Shown: piece after piece, positions 1-11,790 of the stretch
Numbering within the stretch: position 1 is the stretch's first letter
How the letters are laid out: each line of letters starts with the position of its first letter
NCBI RefSeq assembly: GCF_035084215.1
Contig: NC_090340.1
Coordinates: 14,694,001 to 14,758,000, forward strand
Source: Heptranchias perlo
Lineage: Eukaryota
DNA: 64,000 nt
Direction: 5' to 3'
Program-made: the position numbers and the translations under genes
Notes under the pieces: generated by a model
Told to the model about the DNA's origin: nothing
The model's database searches: none
What the model saw: the letters and a program-made list of their open reading frames with translations, nothing else

Positions 1-410
1 TAATATCTTATTATCTTTGTTAAACTCTCTGTCCCTTCCTGACGCACTCTGCTTGTTTGTACTCAAATCGCTACTCTGCTCGACAGCCTTGACTTTTCTT
101 TCTGGACTTATAACATTAAAATTACCCTTACCTGACCCCCACCACCCTTTATACGTTTATAGCCCTATCTACCACCCTATTTATTCAATTCGCTCGGGCA
201 CTGGTCCCAGCACAGTTTAAGTGGAACCTGTTCCAACGGAACAGCTCCCTTCTTCCCCAGTACTGGGGGTAGTGCCCAATGAATTGAAAACCCTACTTCA
301 CACACCACTCTTTCAGCCACGTATTTAACCCTCTAATCTGTGTATCCCTATGCCAATTTACTGATGGCTCAGGTAGTAATCCTGAGATTATTATCTTTGA
401 GGTTCTGCGC
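1..410 (-). mobile_element. CR1 LINE fragment (C-terminus of ORF1 SGNH esterase and inter-ORF region)
   Basis: Minus ORF contains IIISGLLPEPSVNWHRDTQIRGLNTWLKEWCVK, which matches the ORF1 end of the CR1 copy at 15120 (WHRVNKIREMNAWLKGW). Confidence 0.75.
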
Positions 411-933
411 CCAGATTCGGGGGTTATCGAATATAACTCCCGTAGTTTCTTACAGCAGATGTCATGTTTAAGCTGTGAGATCTGTCCGATACCTACTAAT
501 GCCCTATTTTTATTGTCGATAATGTGTAGATTACTCGTCACTGTCTATCTGTATGTATCAACCGTGGAAAAACTAGGCGCGTCATCTTTCCCCAGTGTTC
601 AATCATTGAATTCTTATTGGAATATGTAGCGCAGATATTTATCAGAAATGATGTAATGGGTCTGTTTGAAAATTGCGATTAAAGTTGAATAATTTAAAGG
701 ATTGGGCTCAATAATAACACAAGGTATACCACAGGTGTAATTGAACAGAGGCCTTAGCCATGAGTGATATTGGTGAGGTTTGCGTAGATGACGTGTGTAA
801 CATTAAAAAGACAGGTTAATGGCTTTCTAATGGTGCTGCTACAATAAAATAGTTCGAAGATAAATCTAAATGATGTTTGGTATCTCCCAATGCTACTCAG
901 TAATCAGATTTTGTTCCATTCTCTGTTCCGCAA

Positions 934-1228
934 CTGCACCAACCGCGCTGAAGATTCTCTCCAGGACATCTGTATCTCTGACTTGTGTGTGAAACGGCTG
1001 AGGTCTATCCGAGAAATTCCACCCTCCCTCGGTATGAAAATGGCGTAGTAACTGCGATAGGAATACAAAACATTCAATGGCAGATAACTGAAGTGCTGTA
1101 TGACGTTTCCTGCTCTTTGGAAGAGACGCAGCCTGTGCCGAGCGGTGCCAGTTACACCTGTTTGGTATCTCACATGCCGCTCGAGACTCCACCTGTGGTC
1201 ATCTACACGGTTACCAATTCTAACACAG
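934..1228 (+). pseudogene. IgSF receptor copy A: defective C1-set exon
   Basis: Homologous to the intact C1 exon at 22671-22982 (CETAEVYP...YTCLVSH). The acceptor is mutated (ccgcAA at 931-933), there are small deletions with a frameshift before the first Cys, and the core Trp is changed to Arg. The donor gt at 1229 is intact. Confidence 0.85.
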
Positions 1229-1313
1229 GTACGAGGCCAACAGTCCAAGAAGGAGAGCCAGCTACTGTTAAATTCTTAAACAGATATTTCATAAAGTTCG
1301 CTCATATTAATAA

Positions 1314-2387
1314 TAAGACCATAAGGCCACAAGAGATTGGAGCAGGAGTAGGCCATTCGGTTCCTCAAGCCTGCTCCGCCATTTAATGATATCATGGCTG
1401 ATCTGATTTTTACCTCAACTCCACTTTCCCGCCCTTTCCCCATATCCTTCGACTGCCTTGCTAATCAAAAATTTGTCTAACTCAGCATTGAATACATTCA
1501 ATGACTCAGCCTCCACAACTTTTTGGGGTAAAGAATTTCAAAAATTCACGATCCTCTGGGAGAAGAAATTCCCCCTCATTTCCGTCTTAAACAGGCGACT
1601 CCTTATTCTGAGACTATTCCCCCTAGTTTTAGATTCCCCCAAGAGGGGTAACATCCTTTCAGTATCTACCTATCGAGTCCCCTCAGAATCTTATATGTTT
1701 CAATAAGATCTCCTCTCATTCTTCTAAACTCCAAAGAGTACAGACCCAGCCTGTTCAATCTTTCCTCATCAGACAACCCTTCCATACCCAGAATCAACCT
1801 AGTGTACCTTCTCTGAATTGCCTCCAATGCAAGTATGTCCTTCCTAAAATAAGGGCACCAGGACTGTATGCAGTACTGCAGGTATGGTCTCACCAGCACC
1901 CTGTATAGTTGTAGCATGACATCCCTGCTTTTATGCTCCATCCCCCTAGAAATAAAGACCAATATTCCGTTTGCCTTCCAGATAACCTGCTGTACCTGTA
2001 TGTTGACTTTTTGTTTTCATGTACGAGGACACCCAGATCCCTCTGTACCAAAGCATTTTGTGGTATTTCTGCATTCAAATAATATTTTGTTTTTTTAAAT
2101 TTTCCTCCCATAGTGGATGACTTCACATTTTCGCACATTATATTCCATCTGCCAAATTTTCGACCATTCGCTTCACCTGTCAATATCCCTTTGCAAACAG
2201 TTTGTGTCCTCACCACAACTTGCTTTTCAACCTATCCTTGTATCATCAGCAAATTTGGCTACAAGGCACTCTGTTACTTCATCCAATCCATTGATATATA
2301 TCGTAAATAGTTAAGGCCCCAGCACTGATCCCTGCGGCACTCCAATAGTTACAGATTGTCATTTGAAAATGAACCTTTTATCCCGAC
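1314..2387 (-). mobile_element. CR1 LINE 3' part (RT C-terminus and 3' tail), interrupted by the provirus
   Basis: LYRVLVRPYLQYCIQSWCP...RRMRGDLIETYKIL and the typical CR1 3' end. The element resumes at 11233. Confidence 0.9.
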
Positions 2388-3133
2388 TGTTGGCCGGAGG
2401 TCACCGGTTACGGTTACTGGCTTAGTACACAGAGGAGAAGAGTCAATTTTCTCTTAATTCTCAATTCGCTTTATTAACGTTGTTAGATCATGTACATACC
2501 ACTTATACATCTGGTTAGATACAGGCATGCAGTTTACAGCAGGTTATACAGTTTTAAACTCAAACTAGGATTTAAACGCACACCCACTAGGTTTCTCTGA
2601 CTAACATTCCCTGAGAGGTCACAGAATAGAAAGGATATTTTATTACCCGGAAAGGAGAGCTGACGCTGGCCAGGCATTCCGTTCTCTTTCTCTTGACGTA
2701 GTCTCTATGTACCTGGCGTAGTCTCTACATCCCTGACGTAGGTTCTCCCACTTTCGCGATGGTTAGTCTCCGGAGTCTCGCACACAAACTGGCACCAAGC
2801 CTGCAATTCTTCAGTCTTATTCCTAAGTCTGTCTTTTCGAATGATGCTGTCTTCTCCTGTTGGCTCAGATTTGCTGGAGTGGTCGGTGTCATCCCCTGAT
2901 TGGCTCTGTTCCAAGAGATTAGGTAGCATCACCTCATTACTCCTTTTCTAAACAAGGACTGGTGTCTCATCACAGCTCCTTTGTGCTTAGAATCGTAACT
3001 AATTCAAACCGGTTCCGGCCAGCTCAGACCAGTGACTGAACTTCAGGTCACTTCAGTTCAAAAGTTAGTCTCTTTGCCTGGGTGTCAGCAATTCGAAATA
3101 AACTCAGTAGTTTTCTGCAGCCCCTGGCCAACA
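2388..3133 (-). repeat. 3' LTR of provirus
   Basis: tgttggcc...ggccaaca. Direct repeat of 10481-11227, with about 20 differences in the first ~260 bp by eye. AATAAA on the minus strand near 2470. Confidence 0.95.
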
Positions 3134-3146
3134 TCTCCCCCCTTTT
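3134..3146 (-). promoter_or_regulatory. Polypurine tract of provirus
   Basis: Minus strand AAAAGGGGGGAGA directly abuts the LTR. Confidence 0.9.
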
Positions 3147-3393
3147 GATCCAAATATGCTTATCTTAGGATCATTACTCTCCCTTTCTGTGTACCACTCC
3201 TGAGGTTGTCATTGTCTCCCAATGGGCACGTTACATCTGCGATAGTATATGTTCATAGAAAAAATATAAAAGGTTATTGGAAAAATATAAATGGTTATAG
3301 AAAAAATATTTTAAAAACATATAAAATACACTTCACACAGTGTCCTTATATTGATAATCGCTTCATCTGTTTCATTATAGCACCAACACTCAA

Positions 3394-5623
3394 TTATTGC
3401 AAAATTTCATTTTTCCACGTTCTAAGCTGATATACATTGAATATTTTATTTATTCGTTCACGGGATGTGGGCGTCGCCGGCGAGGCCAGCATTTATTGCC
3501 CATCCCTAATTGCCCTTGAGAAGCTGGTGGTGAGCCGCCTTCTTGAACCGCTGCAGTCCGTGTGGTGACGGTTCTCCCCCAGTGCTGTTAGGAAGGGAGT
3601 TCCAGAATTTTGACCCAGCGACAATGAAGGAACAGCGATATATTTCCAAGTCGGGATGGTGTGTGACTTGGAGGGGAACGTGCAGGTGGTGTTGTTCCCA
3701 TGTGCCTGCTGCTCTTTTCCTTCTAGATGATAGAGGTCGCGGGTTTGGCAGGTGCTGTCGAAGAAGCCTTGGCGAGTTGCTGCAGTGCATCCTGTGGATG
3801 GTACACACTGTAGCCACAGTTCGCCGGTGGTGAAAGGAGTGAATGTTTAGGGTGGTGGATGGGGTGCCAATCAAGCGGGCTGCTTTATCTTGGATGGTGT
3901 CGAGCTTCTTGAGTGTTGTTGGAGCTACACTCATCCAAGCAAGTGGAGAGTGTTCCATCACACTCCTGACTTGTGCCTTGGAGATGGTTGAAAGGCTTTG
4001 GGGAGTCAGGAGGTGAGTCACTCGCCGCAGAATACCCAGCCTCTGACCTGCTGTCGTTGCCACAGTATTTATATGGCTGGTCCAGTTAAGTTTCTGGTCA
4101 ATGGTGACCCCCAGGATGTTGATGGTGCGGGATTCGGCGATGGTAATGCCGTTGAATGTCAAGGGGAGGTGGTTAGACTCTCTCTTGTTGGAGATAGTCA
4201 TTGCCTGGCACTTATCTGGCGCGAATGTTACTTGCCACTTATTAGCCCAAGCCTGGATGTTGTCCAGGTCTTGCTGCATGCGGGCTCGGACTGCTTCATT
4301 ATTTGAGGGGTTGCGAATGGAACTGAACAATGTGCAGTCATCAGCGAACATTTCCATTTCTGACCTTGTGATGGAGGGAAGGTCATTGATGAAGCAGCTG
4401 AAGATGGTTGGGCCTCGGACACTGCCCTGACGAACTCAATGTCCTCAATGTCCCAGCAGTGTCCTGGGGCTGAGATGATTGGCCTCCAACAACCACTACC
4501 ATCTTCCTTTGTGCTAGGTATGACTCCAGCCATTGGAGAGTTTTCCCCCTGATTCCCATTGACTTCAATTTTACTTGGGCTCCTTGGTGCCACACACAGT
4601 CAAATGCTGCCTTGATGTCAAGGGCAGTCACTCTCACCTCACCTCTGGAATTCAGCTCTTTCGTCCATGTTTGGACCATGTTTGGACCATTGAATATGAC
4701 AAGTGTTAACGCACATAAAATCGCAACTGCAGCAGCATGTGATAAAATCCTGACCCATGGATGTTTTTGAACATTAGATTCCCAATGCCAAAACTTATCC
4801 CAGAACCCGGGGTCCCGTAGCAGTTCATCTGCTTTATCAGCATGAGTTTTAATTATTTTAGTTTGTTTCGTCCATTGATGAATTATCTCTTTGGCTTCCT
4901 CCGCTATTTGCGTCCAATCTGCAGTCAGGTGTGGAATGGGTGGTAGTTCGGGAGGAACATATTTCCGCAGATCTTGGTCTATATCTTTACGTTGGACTGT
5001 GAGGTTTTCGTTTATTACCATCCTCTTTATTGGCTGAGGCAGAACTTGTCCACCGACAACCAGGTCTGCGGTCACATTGTTAATGGCCACATTGTGTCCT
5101 TCCAGAGGGCACTGTTTCCATCCTTTATTATAGTTCATAGCCGCTGTGGCTATGTAATACGTTTGTCCCACAAGGGAGTATTGTCACTACCCCAGTCAAT
5201 ATTTACATCGGTGTGGTCCCAGTGGACCACAATTTTACCTCGACCGTCGCTCCCCGATTGTCGCTCCTTAAATGGACCCACAAATTGATTGATGAATTTT
5301 CCCTCTGGGATTACCGACTATGTCACCTCTAGAACTATGTTACATGAAAACTGTACTGCCACTCCCTCCGGTATACCCAAAGTCTTTCCCACGCACGCTA
5401 ACCCATCCACTCCCGTATAATACAAATTTAAATCCTCTCTTTTCCCTTTGTTGTTTCGGACTGTCTTATTCTGCAGAGTAAAGTTGTCCCTGGTCTCGGG
5501 ATATCCCTCCTTCATCGACACTGCTTCAGGCACGTTCATTCGGCGTGACGGCTCTGAGGCAGTTTCAACCGCAGTTCTGATGATGGTCAATCCGATAGCA
5601 ACAAAATGCATTATCCCCTTCAT
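3394..5623 (-). pseudogene. env: env remnant of provirus (signal peptide, internally deleted ectodomain, heptad, TM, short tail), split by a LINE
   Basis: Signal-like MKGIMHFVAIGLTIIRTAV at 5623. Then ...IAEEAKEIIHQWTKQTKIIKTHADKADELL...WVRILSHAAAVAILCALTLVIFN. Removing the LINE at its TSD continues the frame as VYQLRTWKNEILQ*. Confidence 0.7.
3445..4687 (-). mobile_element. 5'-truncated non-LTR retrotransposon (CR1/L2 group, second family) inserted in env
   Basis: RT motifs ALDIKAAFD, FADDCTL and WQVTFAPDKC. A-rich 3' tail. 10-bp TSD CATTGAATAT at 3435-3444 and 4688-4697. Confidence 0.9.
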
Positions 5624-5759
5624 TCTAGGCTGGACCTGTAATAAACAAGTGTAATTTCTGCTCTTATTTACTGTTTCTTTTAAGTACTATCATAAGTCCA
5701 GTCTCTCCATATACTGAGCCAGACCGTCCATATCCTGTTCCCAATTTGTTTCAGATTCT

Positions 5760-8379
5760 TACCGTCCATTTCTTCTAATCCACTTATTCCCTCTTTTTGT
5801 TTTATGTTCCTTTCGTTTTTTTCCTGGATTCGCTTCTGCATGGGAACGGACAGTATCAAATTTGTTTTCAATCACCTCCTCATCGGCCTGTAGCTGGTCC
5901 TGTTCTTGATCTCCCTGACCTTCAGAATTAGGTTTTTTAATTCTCCGTCTTTCTTTTGCTCCTCCGTTAAATCCATTTCTTTGACCTGCTTCTCTTTCTG
6001 GCCCCCGATTTCCCCAACCGGTGGCTGCCATTCCTGTCCACGTACAGCACCTCGTTTGGCTAGTTCATCAGCTTTACTGTTCCCTTTGGGGGAGAGTTTT
6101 GAATGAGCTTTCACTTTTGTGACCCCATATCCTTACCCCTGTGCTTCTTCAAAGATGTACCGTAATAGCGGGGCTGATGGAAGGGGCCTTCCATCCACTG
6201 AGACAAATCCCCTCACTTCCCATCGGGGCAAATGTTCTGTGAGGCTATTACAAACATACATGCTATCAGAATATATGACTGATCTGGGCGGAAAATTTCC
6301 GGGTGACCAACCACATATGCGACGGCTGCTAGTTCTGCTATCTGCGCACTCATCGTGTTAGGTAATTTCAGAGCCGCACTAAAGCTTTCCTGTCCGTGGT
6401 CATACTCCATGTGTTTCCCACAGCCAGTTCTCCTTTCCCCATCCTGTACTGATGAAGAGCCATCCTCAAAAATGTAAAAATAGGGTTCTTCCTTTCCTGT
6501 TTCCTTTGTCTTTCTGCTTTCAGGCCCCGTCTTACCCCCACCCTTTTGTTTTGATACAAATGGGCCCTTGGGCTCATTTGCTATCATTAATTGACACTCA
6601 TGTTTTTCTCCCTGATAAACTAAGTTGTCTGCTGACATAGTAGTGGTTTTTACCCCCTTTACAGTTATATTTCTCCCTTGCAGCAACAATGTCCATCTAG
6701 CGATTCTATTTTGGCTAACTGAACCATCCTTAATCCTTCCATCTAACAGTAGCTGTACTGGGGTGTGTTCTGTTAATACTGTAAGTGGGTTTAGTCCCAC
6801 TATATAGGTAAAATGCTGCACTGCCCAAAAGACAGCTAGCAAGTGCCTTTCGCATACTGTATACCCCTGCTCTACTGGTGAGAGCATACGTGAGGCGTAC
6901 GCTACTGGTCGTAATTTTCCGTGTGTCTCCTGTAATAGAACTGCCGAGAGGGTGGTGTCTGTGGTAGCCACCTCCAATGAAAATGGCTCCGTTGGATTTG
7001 GGGGTTTTAGAGCAGGCGCAGCAGCTTGTACTTGCTTTAGATCAGTCATGGCCTGGGTGTGTTTTGTTTTCCACTCCCAGGCCACATTCTTTTTTAATAA
7101 TTCCATCAGCGGGCCGCCTTTGTGGCAAATCCATCAATATGGTCCCTGCAATATCCCACCAACCCCAAGAAGGGCCTTAACCCTTTAACATCCCGCGGCA
7201 CAGGGATTCTGCCAACCGTCTCTACCCTTCGCTTTTCAATGTCCCTTTGTTCCGGCGTCCGAATCATTCCCATGTAAGTAACTTTTTGTTTCATGGTCTT
7301 CGCTTCTTTAGGGTTAATCTTTAATCCCAAGTCATGTAACTACTGCAGTAATTGACTTAGCAGTTGATAATGTTTCTTCTTGGTTTCAGTTTGTAGGAGG
7401 CCTCGAGAATCCTTTTAACCCTTCCCTCAGCCATTGGTGAAATATGGACGGGGAATTGTGAAACCCCTGCGGCAGGGCCGTCCATGTACATTGCTGTCCT
7501 TGGAAAGTAAATGAGAATTTATATTGACATTCCTTCTCCAGTGGAATAGTCCAAAAACCGTTACTTATGTCCAAAACCGTAAACCACTGTGCATCCTCAT
7601 TTTGTCGAACTACTGTCTCTGGGCTAGTTGCTACAGTAGGAGCTGTTAGCAGGTGACTTTATTTAATTCTCTGTAGTCTATCGTTAGTCGCCAGCTACCG
7701 TCGGGTTTCCTCACTGGCAAAATAGGTGAGTTATTAGTAGAAGCTATTGGTCTTAATATCCCTTGCTGCAGCAGACTCTGTATCACCTTCTCTATCTCTT
7801 CTTCTGCTTGCTTTGGGAAACCATACTGCTTCTGTGGTTTGGGGTCTGGACCTTGTACACACACTCCCGGTCATTTTCCCACAATCATGTTTATGTCGGG
7901 CAATTACTATTGAGTTTTGTACAATAATTTGTTGTACTTCACGATAGTTACTCATTTCTCCTGGTTCTATCCACATTTCCCCGATCGCGCATATCCTATC
8001 CTGATATTCCCCCATCGGGACGAATGTGTGATTCATACTGCCCATGCCCAAAGGCATTTGCCAAATCATACAATTAACAGGGTCGAAGCAAAATCCCGCT
8101 TTGGCCAAAAAGCCACTCCCTAATATATGTTCTTGTTCTCTAGGTAATTTAATAAGGACCACTGAATGGTCTATTACTATGTCTCCCACTCACTTGTGAA
8201 TGCCCTGTGAATCCGCTTCGAATAATTTTGTTTTGAATTTTCCAATCTTTGTCATTGATCTGAGTGGTGTTAACGGTGGTTCGGGATCCCCCTGTGTCCC
8301 AAAGGAATGTAAGAGGGCGGCCTCCGACCCTACCATTCACTAGGGGTCTCCCCGTGTCATCCAACTGCAGGTCACACAC
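5760..8379 (-). pseudogene. pol: pro-pol remnant: aspartic protease, RT, tether (degenerate RNase H), RNase H; integrase core missing
   Basis: Protease FLWDTGGSRT. RT motifs SPILPVRKPDGSWRLTIDYRELN and DISNGFW...LPQGFHNSPSIF. Tether RPVAYASRMLSPVEQGY..CERHLLAV. RNase H DGSS...SAQIAELAAV...KAHS..GNSKADELAK. Multiple frameshifts and stops. Confidence 0.9.
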
Positions 8380-8403
8380 CCATAACGGAGAGGGCTGAGA
8401 CCG

Positions 8404-10169
8404 TCACTGCAGTTCGGGGTACAACCCGGAACTTGGTGATATTGCTATCGTATCACACTGAGGACTTGGTCTATTCAGCCCTTCCACGGGTAGGCTCTGA
8501 TTTCTTCCCCGACCTGCATTCTCTCGTCTCGGGTTTGGGCAGTCTCTTGCGAAGTGTCCCTCTTGGCCACAGTTATAGCATTTGGACACCTCGCCTTGAG
8601 TTCTCCCCGTTCCCGAGGAGTTTCCTCTTCCTCTGCCTCTACCTCTTCCCACTGTCTGATAAGCTGGAGGGGGTCCCCCTGAGTAGGTCCCCTCCCTTCA
8701 TTTCTCCAGGTTATCGTCTGATCTTTAACAGGCATTGCTCTGTCCCCGGATGCCTTGGATCGTTTTGGTATTTCCCTTTCCCATACTCTAACCATCTTCC
8801 TACTTATCCAGGGTTCCGTATGTGTGTCATCAGCGGATTCAAACTGATCTAGTGCCCTCCTCGACTCCTCAGTGCCATGCGACACTAGTGTTCTCAGCCA
8901 TCGGTTCCTAACCTCCTGCTGTAAATTGTTCCTGTCTAAGTATGTGCCATAGACCACCTGAAACACCGCCCAAATGCGGGCTGAAAATACAGTGGGGTGT
9001 TCACCTTTTCTTTGATAGCATTTCATTAGCGCCTCCACTGGATCCCCTCTGTTATCGCCCATGACAGATAATACCTGGTCCTTTAAGGCCTCATTCGTGC
9101 TTCTACCAAGTTTTTGTTCCTCCGGGATGGCGGAGTGTATATGTGGGTGTAGGCACATTAGGATTAATTTTCTTTCCTCAGCATCGTCTAAGCCGTGTAT
9201 CGCTCTCTGTTGCCTGACTGCTAGGAATAACTCCCTAGGATCATCCCCAGGCGCACACATTCCAATATCTTTTGCAATAACCCTCAGTTCTTGTACCCCA
9301 AGTGGGGTGGAATATGTCATATCCTGGCCATCTTCCCCCATCTGTGCTCTAGTGGTTACAAGGGGGGCCATTGGGGCAGACGGTTTTTTTGGCTCTGGAA
9401 TATGCTGGCGGTGGGTCCCCTCGTGGAGGTTCCCCATCAGTGCTGCTGTATCTATCCGCCTCGTCTGCTAAATCGTCCCAATCTACATCCCCTTGACCAC
9501 TTTCTTCACCTCTTCCGGGTGTGAAAGCGCACAATATGCTCCTCTGTGCGGCTAGCTGATCTTGCAGCCTCCCTATCAGTTTCTGAAACTTTGTGTGATC
9601 GCCGGTACTACTCCTCTTCTCCTGAGCTGATCTGTGAATCACATTCATGCAGTTTTTAAATCACTACATTGTTGTTTCCATCTCTCCACCTCAGCTTTAG
9701 CTGCTTGGGCTTCTCCCTCTCTCTTACTCTTTTCATTCGTCAATTTTTCGCACTGTAACTGATATTGGTTCATGTGCATCAAATCTGCACTTCTCTGTCC
9801 ATGTAGATCAGTTACCTTCTTACTAAGGCGGTCTATCTCCTAACGGAATTTTTTATTCTCTTCCCCTAATCCGTCTCGGATTTTCTGTTGTTCCTCCCTC
9901 TCTCTCCTAGCCTGTTGTCGGCATTCTATCCATTCGTCAAGTAAACATCCGATTGCTACGGACTTCTGTATCTTTTAAAATTTCCTATCTGACATCTTTG
10001 TTTGCGCAATTCTCCAAAGGACCTCCCCAACAGGCGTTCCCTTGTCTCCAATGTGACCCGCATACTCCCCGTATTGCAGCCACTTCCCTATTACGTATTT
10101 TTGGAGGAGTCCCTTCCAGTCAAAACAGTCCAAGACCCCAGGGCTTGGAGATTTCCCTTTATTCGTCAT
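8404..10169 (-). pseudogene. gag: gag remnant with coiled-coil region, capsid-like region and CCHC zinc knuckle
   Basis: CYNCGQEGHFARDC knuckle, capsid-like segment QRKGEHPTVFSARI, and position between the 5' LTR and the protease. Frameshifted. Confidence 0.85.
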
Positions 10170-10221
10170 CTTATGTTATTAGCTATGAATTAACCCAAAC
10201 TCCTGTCCTCTGTGTACTTTG

Positions 10222-10480
10222 CCAATTCGGTTCGGCTCGAGTCTCCCGCTGACTCAACTGAGAGATTTATCCTCAGAGCCCCCTTGCCAAATTCGGTTCA
10301 ACTCGAGTCTCCCGCTGACTCCACGGAGAGATTTATCCTCAGAGCCGACCCAAATTCGGTTCGACTCGAGTCTCCCGCTGACTCAATGGAGAGATTTATG
10401 CTCATAGCCCACCCAAATTCGGTTTGACTCGAGTCTCCCGCTGACGCAACCGAGGGATTTATATCGAGTCTACCCAAATC
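10222..10480 (-). repeat. Four-copy 61-65-bp tandem array in the proviral leader, abutting the 5' LTR
   Basis: Units start near 10222, 10287, 10350 and 10413. Conserved core ttcggtt..ctcgagtctcccgctgac...gatttat plus a variable segment of about 11-16 nt. Confidence 0.9.
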
Positions 10481-11227
10481 TGTTGACCGGAGGTCACTGG
10501 TTACGGTTACTGGCTTAGTACACAGAGGAGAAGATTCAATTCTCTCTTTATTCTCAATTCACTTTATTAACGTTATTAGATCATGTACATACAGCTTATA
10601 TGTCTGGTTAGATCTAGGCATGCAGTTTACAGCAGGTTATACAGTTTTATACTCATACTAGGATTTAAACGCACACCCACTACGTTTCTCTGACGAACAG
10701 TCCCTGAGTGGTCACAGAGTAGAAAGGATATTATATTACCCGGAAAGGAGAGCTGACGCTGGCCAGGCGTTCCGTTCTCTCTCTCTCGACGTGGTCTCTA
10801 CGTCCCTGACATAGTCTCTACGTCCCAGACGTCGGGTCTCCCACTTTCGCGATGGTTAGTCAACGGAGTTTCGCGCACAAACTGGCACCAAGCCTGCAAT
10901 TCTTCAATCTTATTTCCAAGTCTCTCTTTTCAAATGATGCTGTCTTCTCCTGTTGGCTCAGATTTGCTGGAGTGGTCGGTGTCATCCCCTGATTGGCTCT
11001 GTTCCAAGGGGTTAGGTAGTATTAACTCATTACTCCTTTTCTAAATAAGGACTGGTGTCTCATCACAGCTCTTTTGTCCCTTAGAAGCGCAAATAATTCA
11101 AACCGGTTCTGGCCAGCTCAGACCAGTGACTGAACTCCCTGTCATTTCAGTTCAAAAGTTAGTCTCTTTGCCTGGGTGTCAGCAATTCGAAATAAACTCA
11201 GTAGTTTTCTGCAGCACCTGGCCAACA
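10481..11227 (-). repeat. 5' LTR of provirus
   Basis: tgttgacc...ggccaaca, a direct repeat of 2388-3133. Confidence 0.95.
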
Positions 11228-11232
11228 CCGAC

Positions 11233-11790
11233 TCTTTATTTTCTGTTAGTTAGCCAATCCTCTATCCTTGCCAGTAAATTACACCCAACACCATGAGCTC
11301 TTATCTTTTGCAGTAATCATTATGTGGCACCTTATCGAATGCCTTTTGGAAATCCAAATATACTGCATCCATTGGTTCCCCTTCCTCAAAGAACTCTAAT
11401 AAATTTGTCAGACATGATTTCCCCTTCATAAAACCATGTGGACTCTCTTGATTGTTTACGAGTCTCCAAATGTCCTGCTACTACTTCCTTAATAATGGAT
11501 TCTAGCATTTTCCCAATGACAGATGTTAGGCGAACTGGTCTATAGTTACTTGCTTTCTGTCTCACTCCCTTCTTGAATAGGGCTGTTACGTTTGCGGTTT
11601 TCCAATCCGCTGGGACGTTTCCAGAATCAATGAATTTTGGAAGATTACAACCAATGCATCCACTATCTCTGTAGCCACTTCCTTTAAGACCCTCGGATGC
11701 AAGCCATCAGGTCCAGGAGAATTGTTAGCCTTTAGACCCATTAGTTTACCTGGTTTTTTTTCTCTAGTGATAATGACAGTGATAGTGACA
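11233..11790 (-). mobile_element. CR1 LINE 5' part (continuation of 1314-2387)
   Basis: SPGPDGLHPRVLKEVATEIVDAL. The sequence joins 2387 seamlessly, as shown by the uninterrupted copy near 29510. Confidence 0.88.

Larger units (their letters stand above)
2388..11227 (-). mobile_element. Defective endogenous retrovirus-like provirus (gag-pro-RT-tether-RNase H-env; lokiretrovirus-like)
   Basis: Two ~746-bp TG...CA direct LTRs, 5-bp TSD CCGAC (2383-2387 and 11228-11232), a PPT, and broken gag, pol and env ORFs on the minus strand. Confidence 0.92.

Noticed and set aside
4383-5171. 262-aa ORF as a novel env-RT fusion protein
   Set aside because: It is a chance read-through from env into an inserted LINE, and the junction is marked by a 10-bp TSD.
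10222-10480. Repeat and variable-spacer array resembling CRISPR
   Set aside because: It lies in a vertebrate proviral leader, the variable parts are only 11-16 nt and related to each other, and there are no cas genes.
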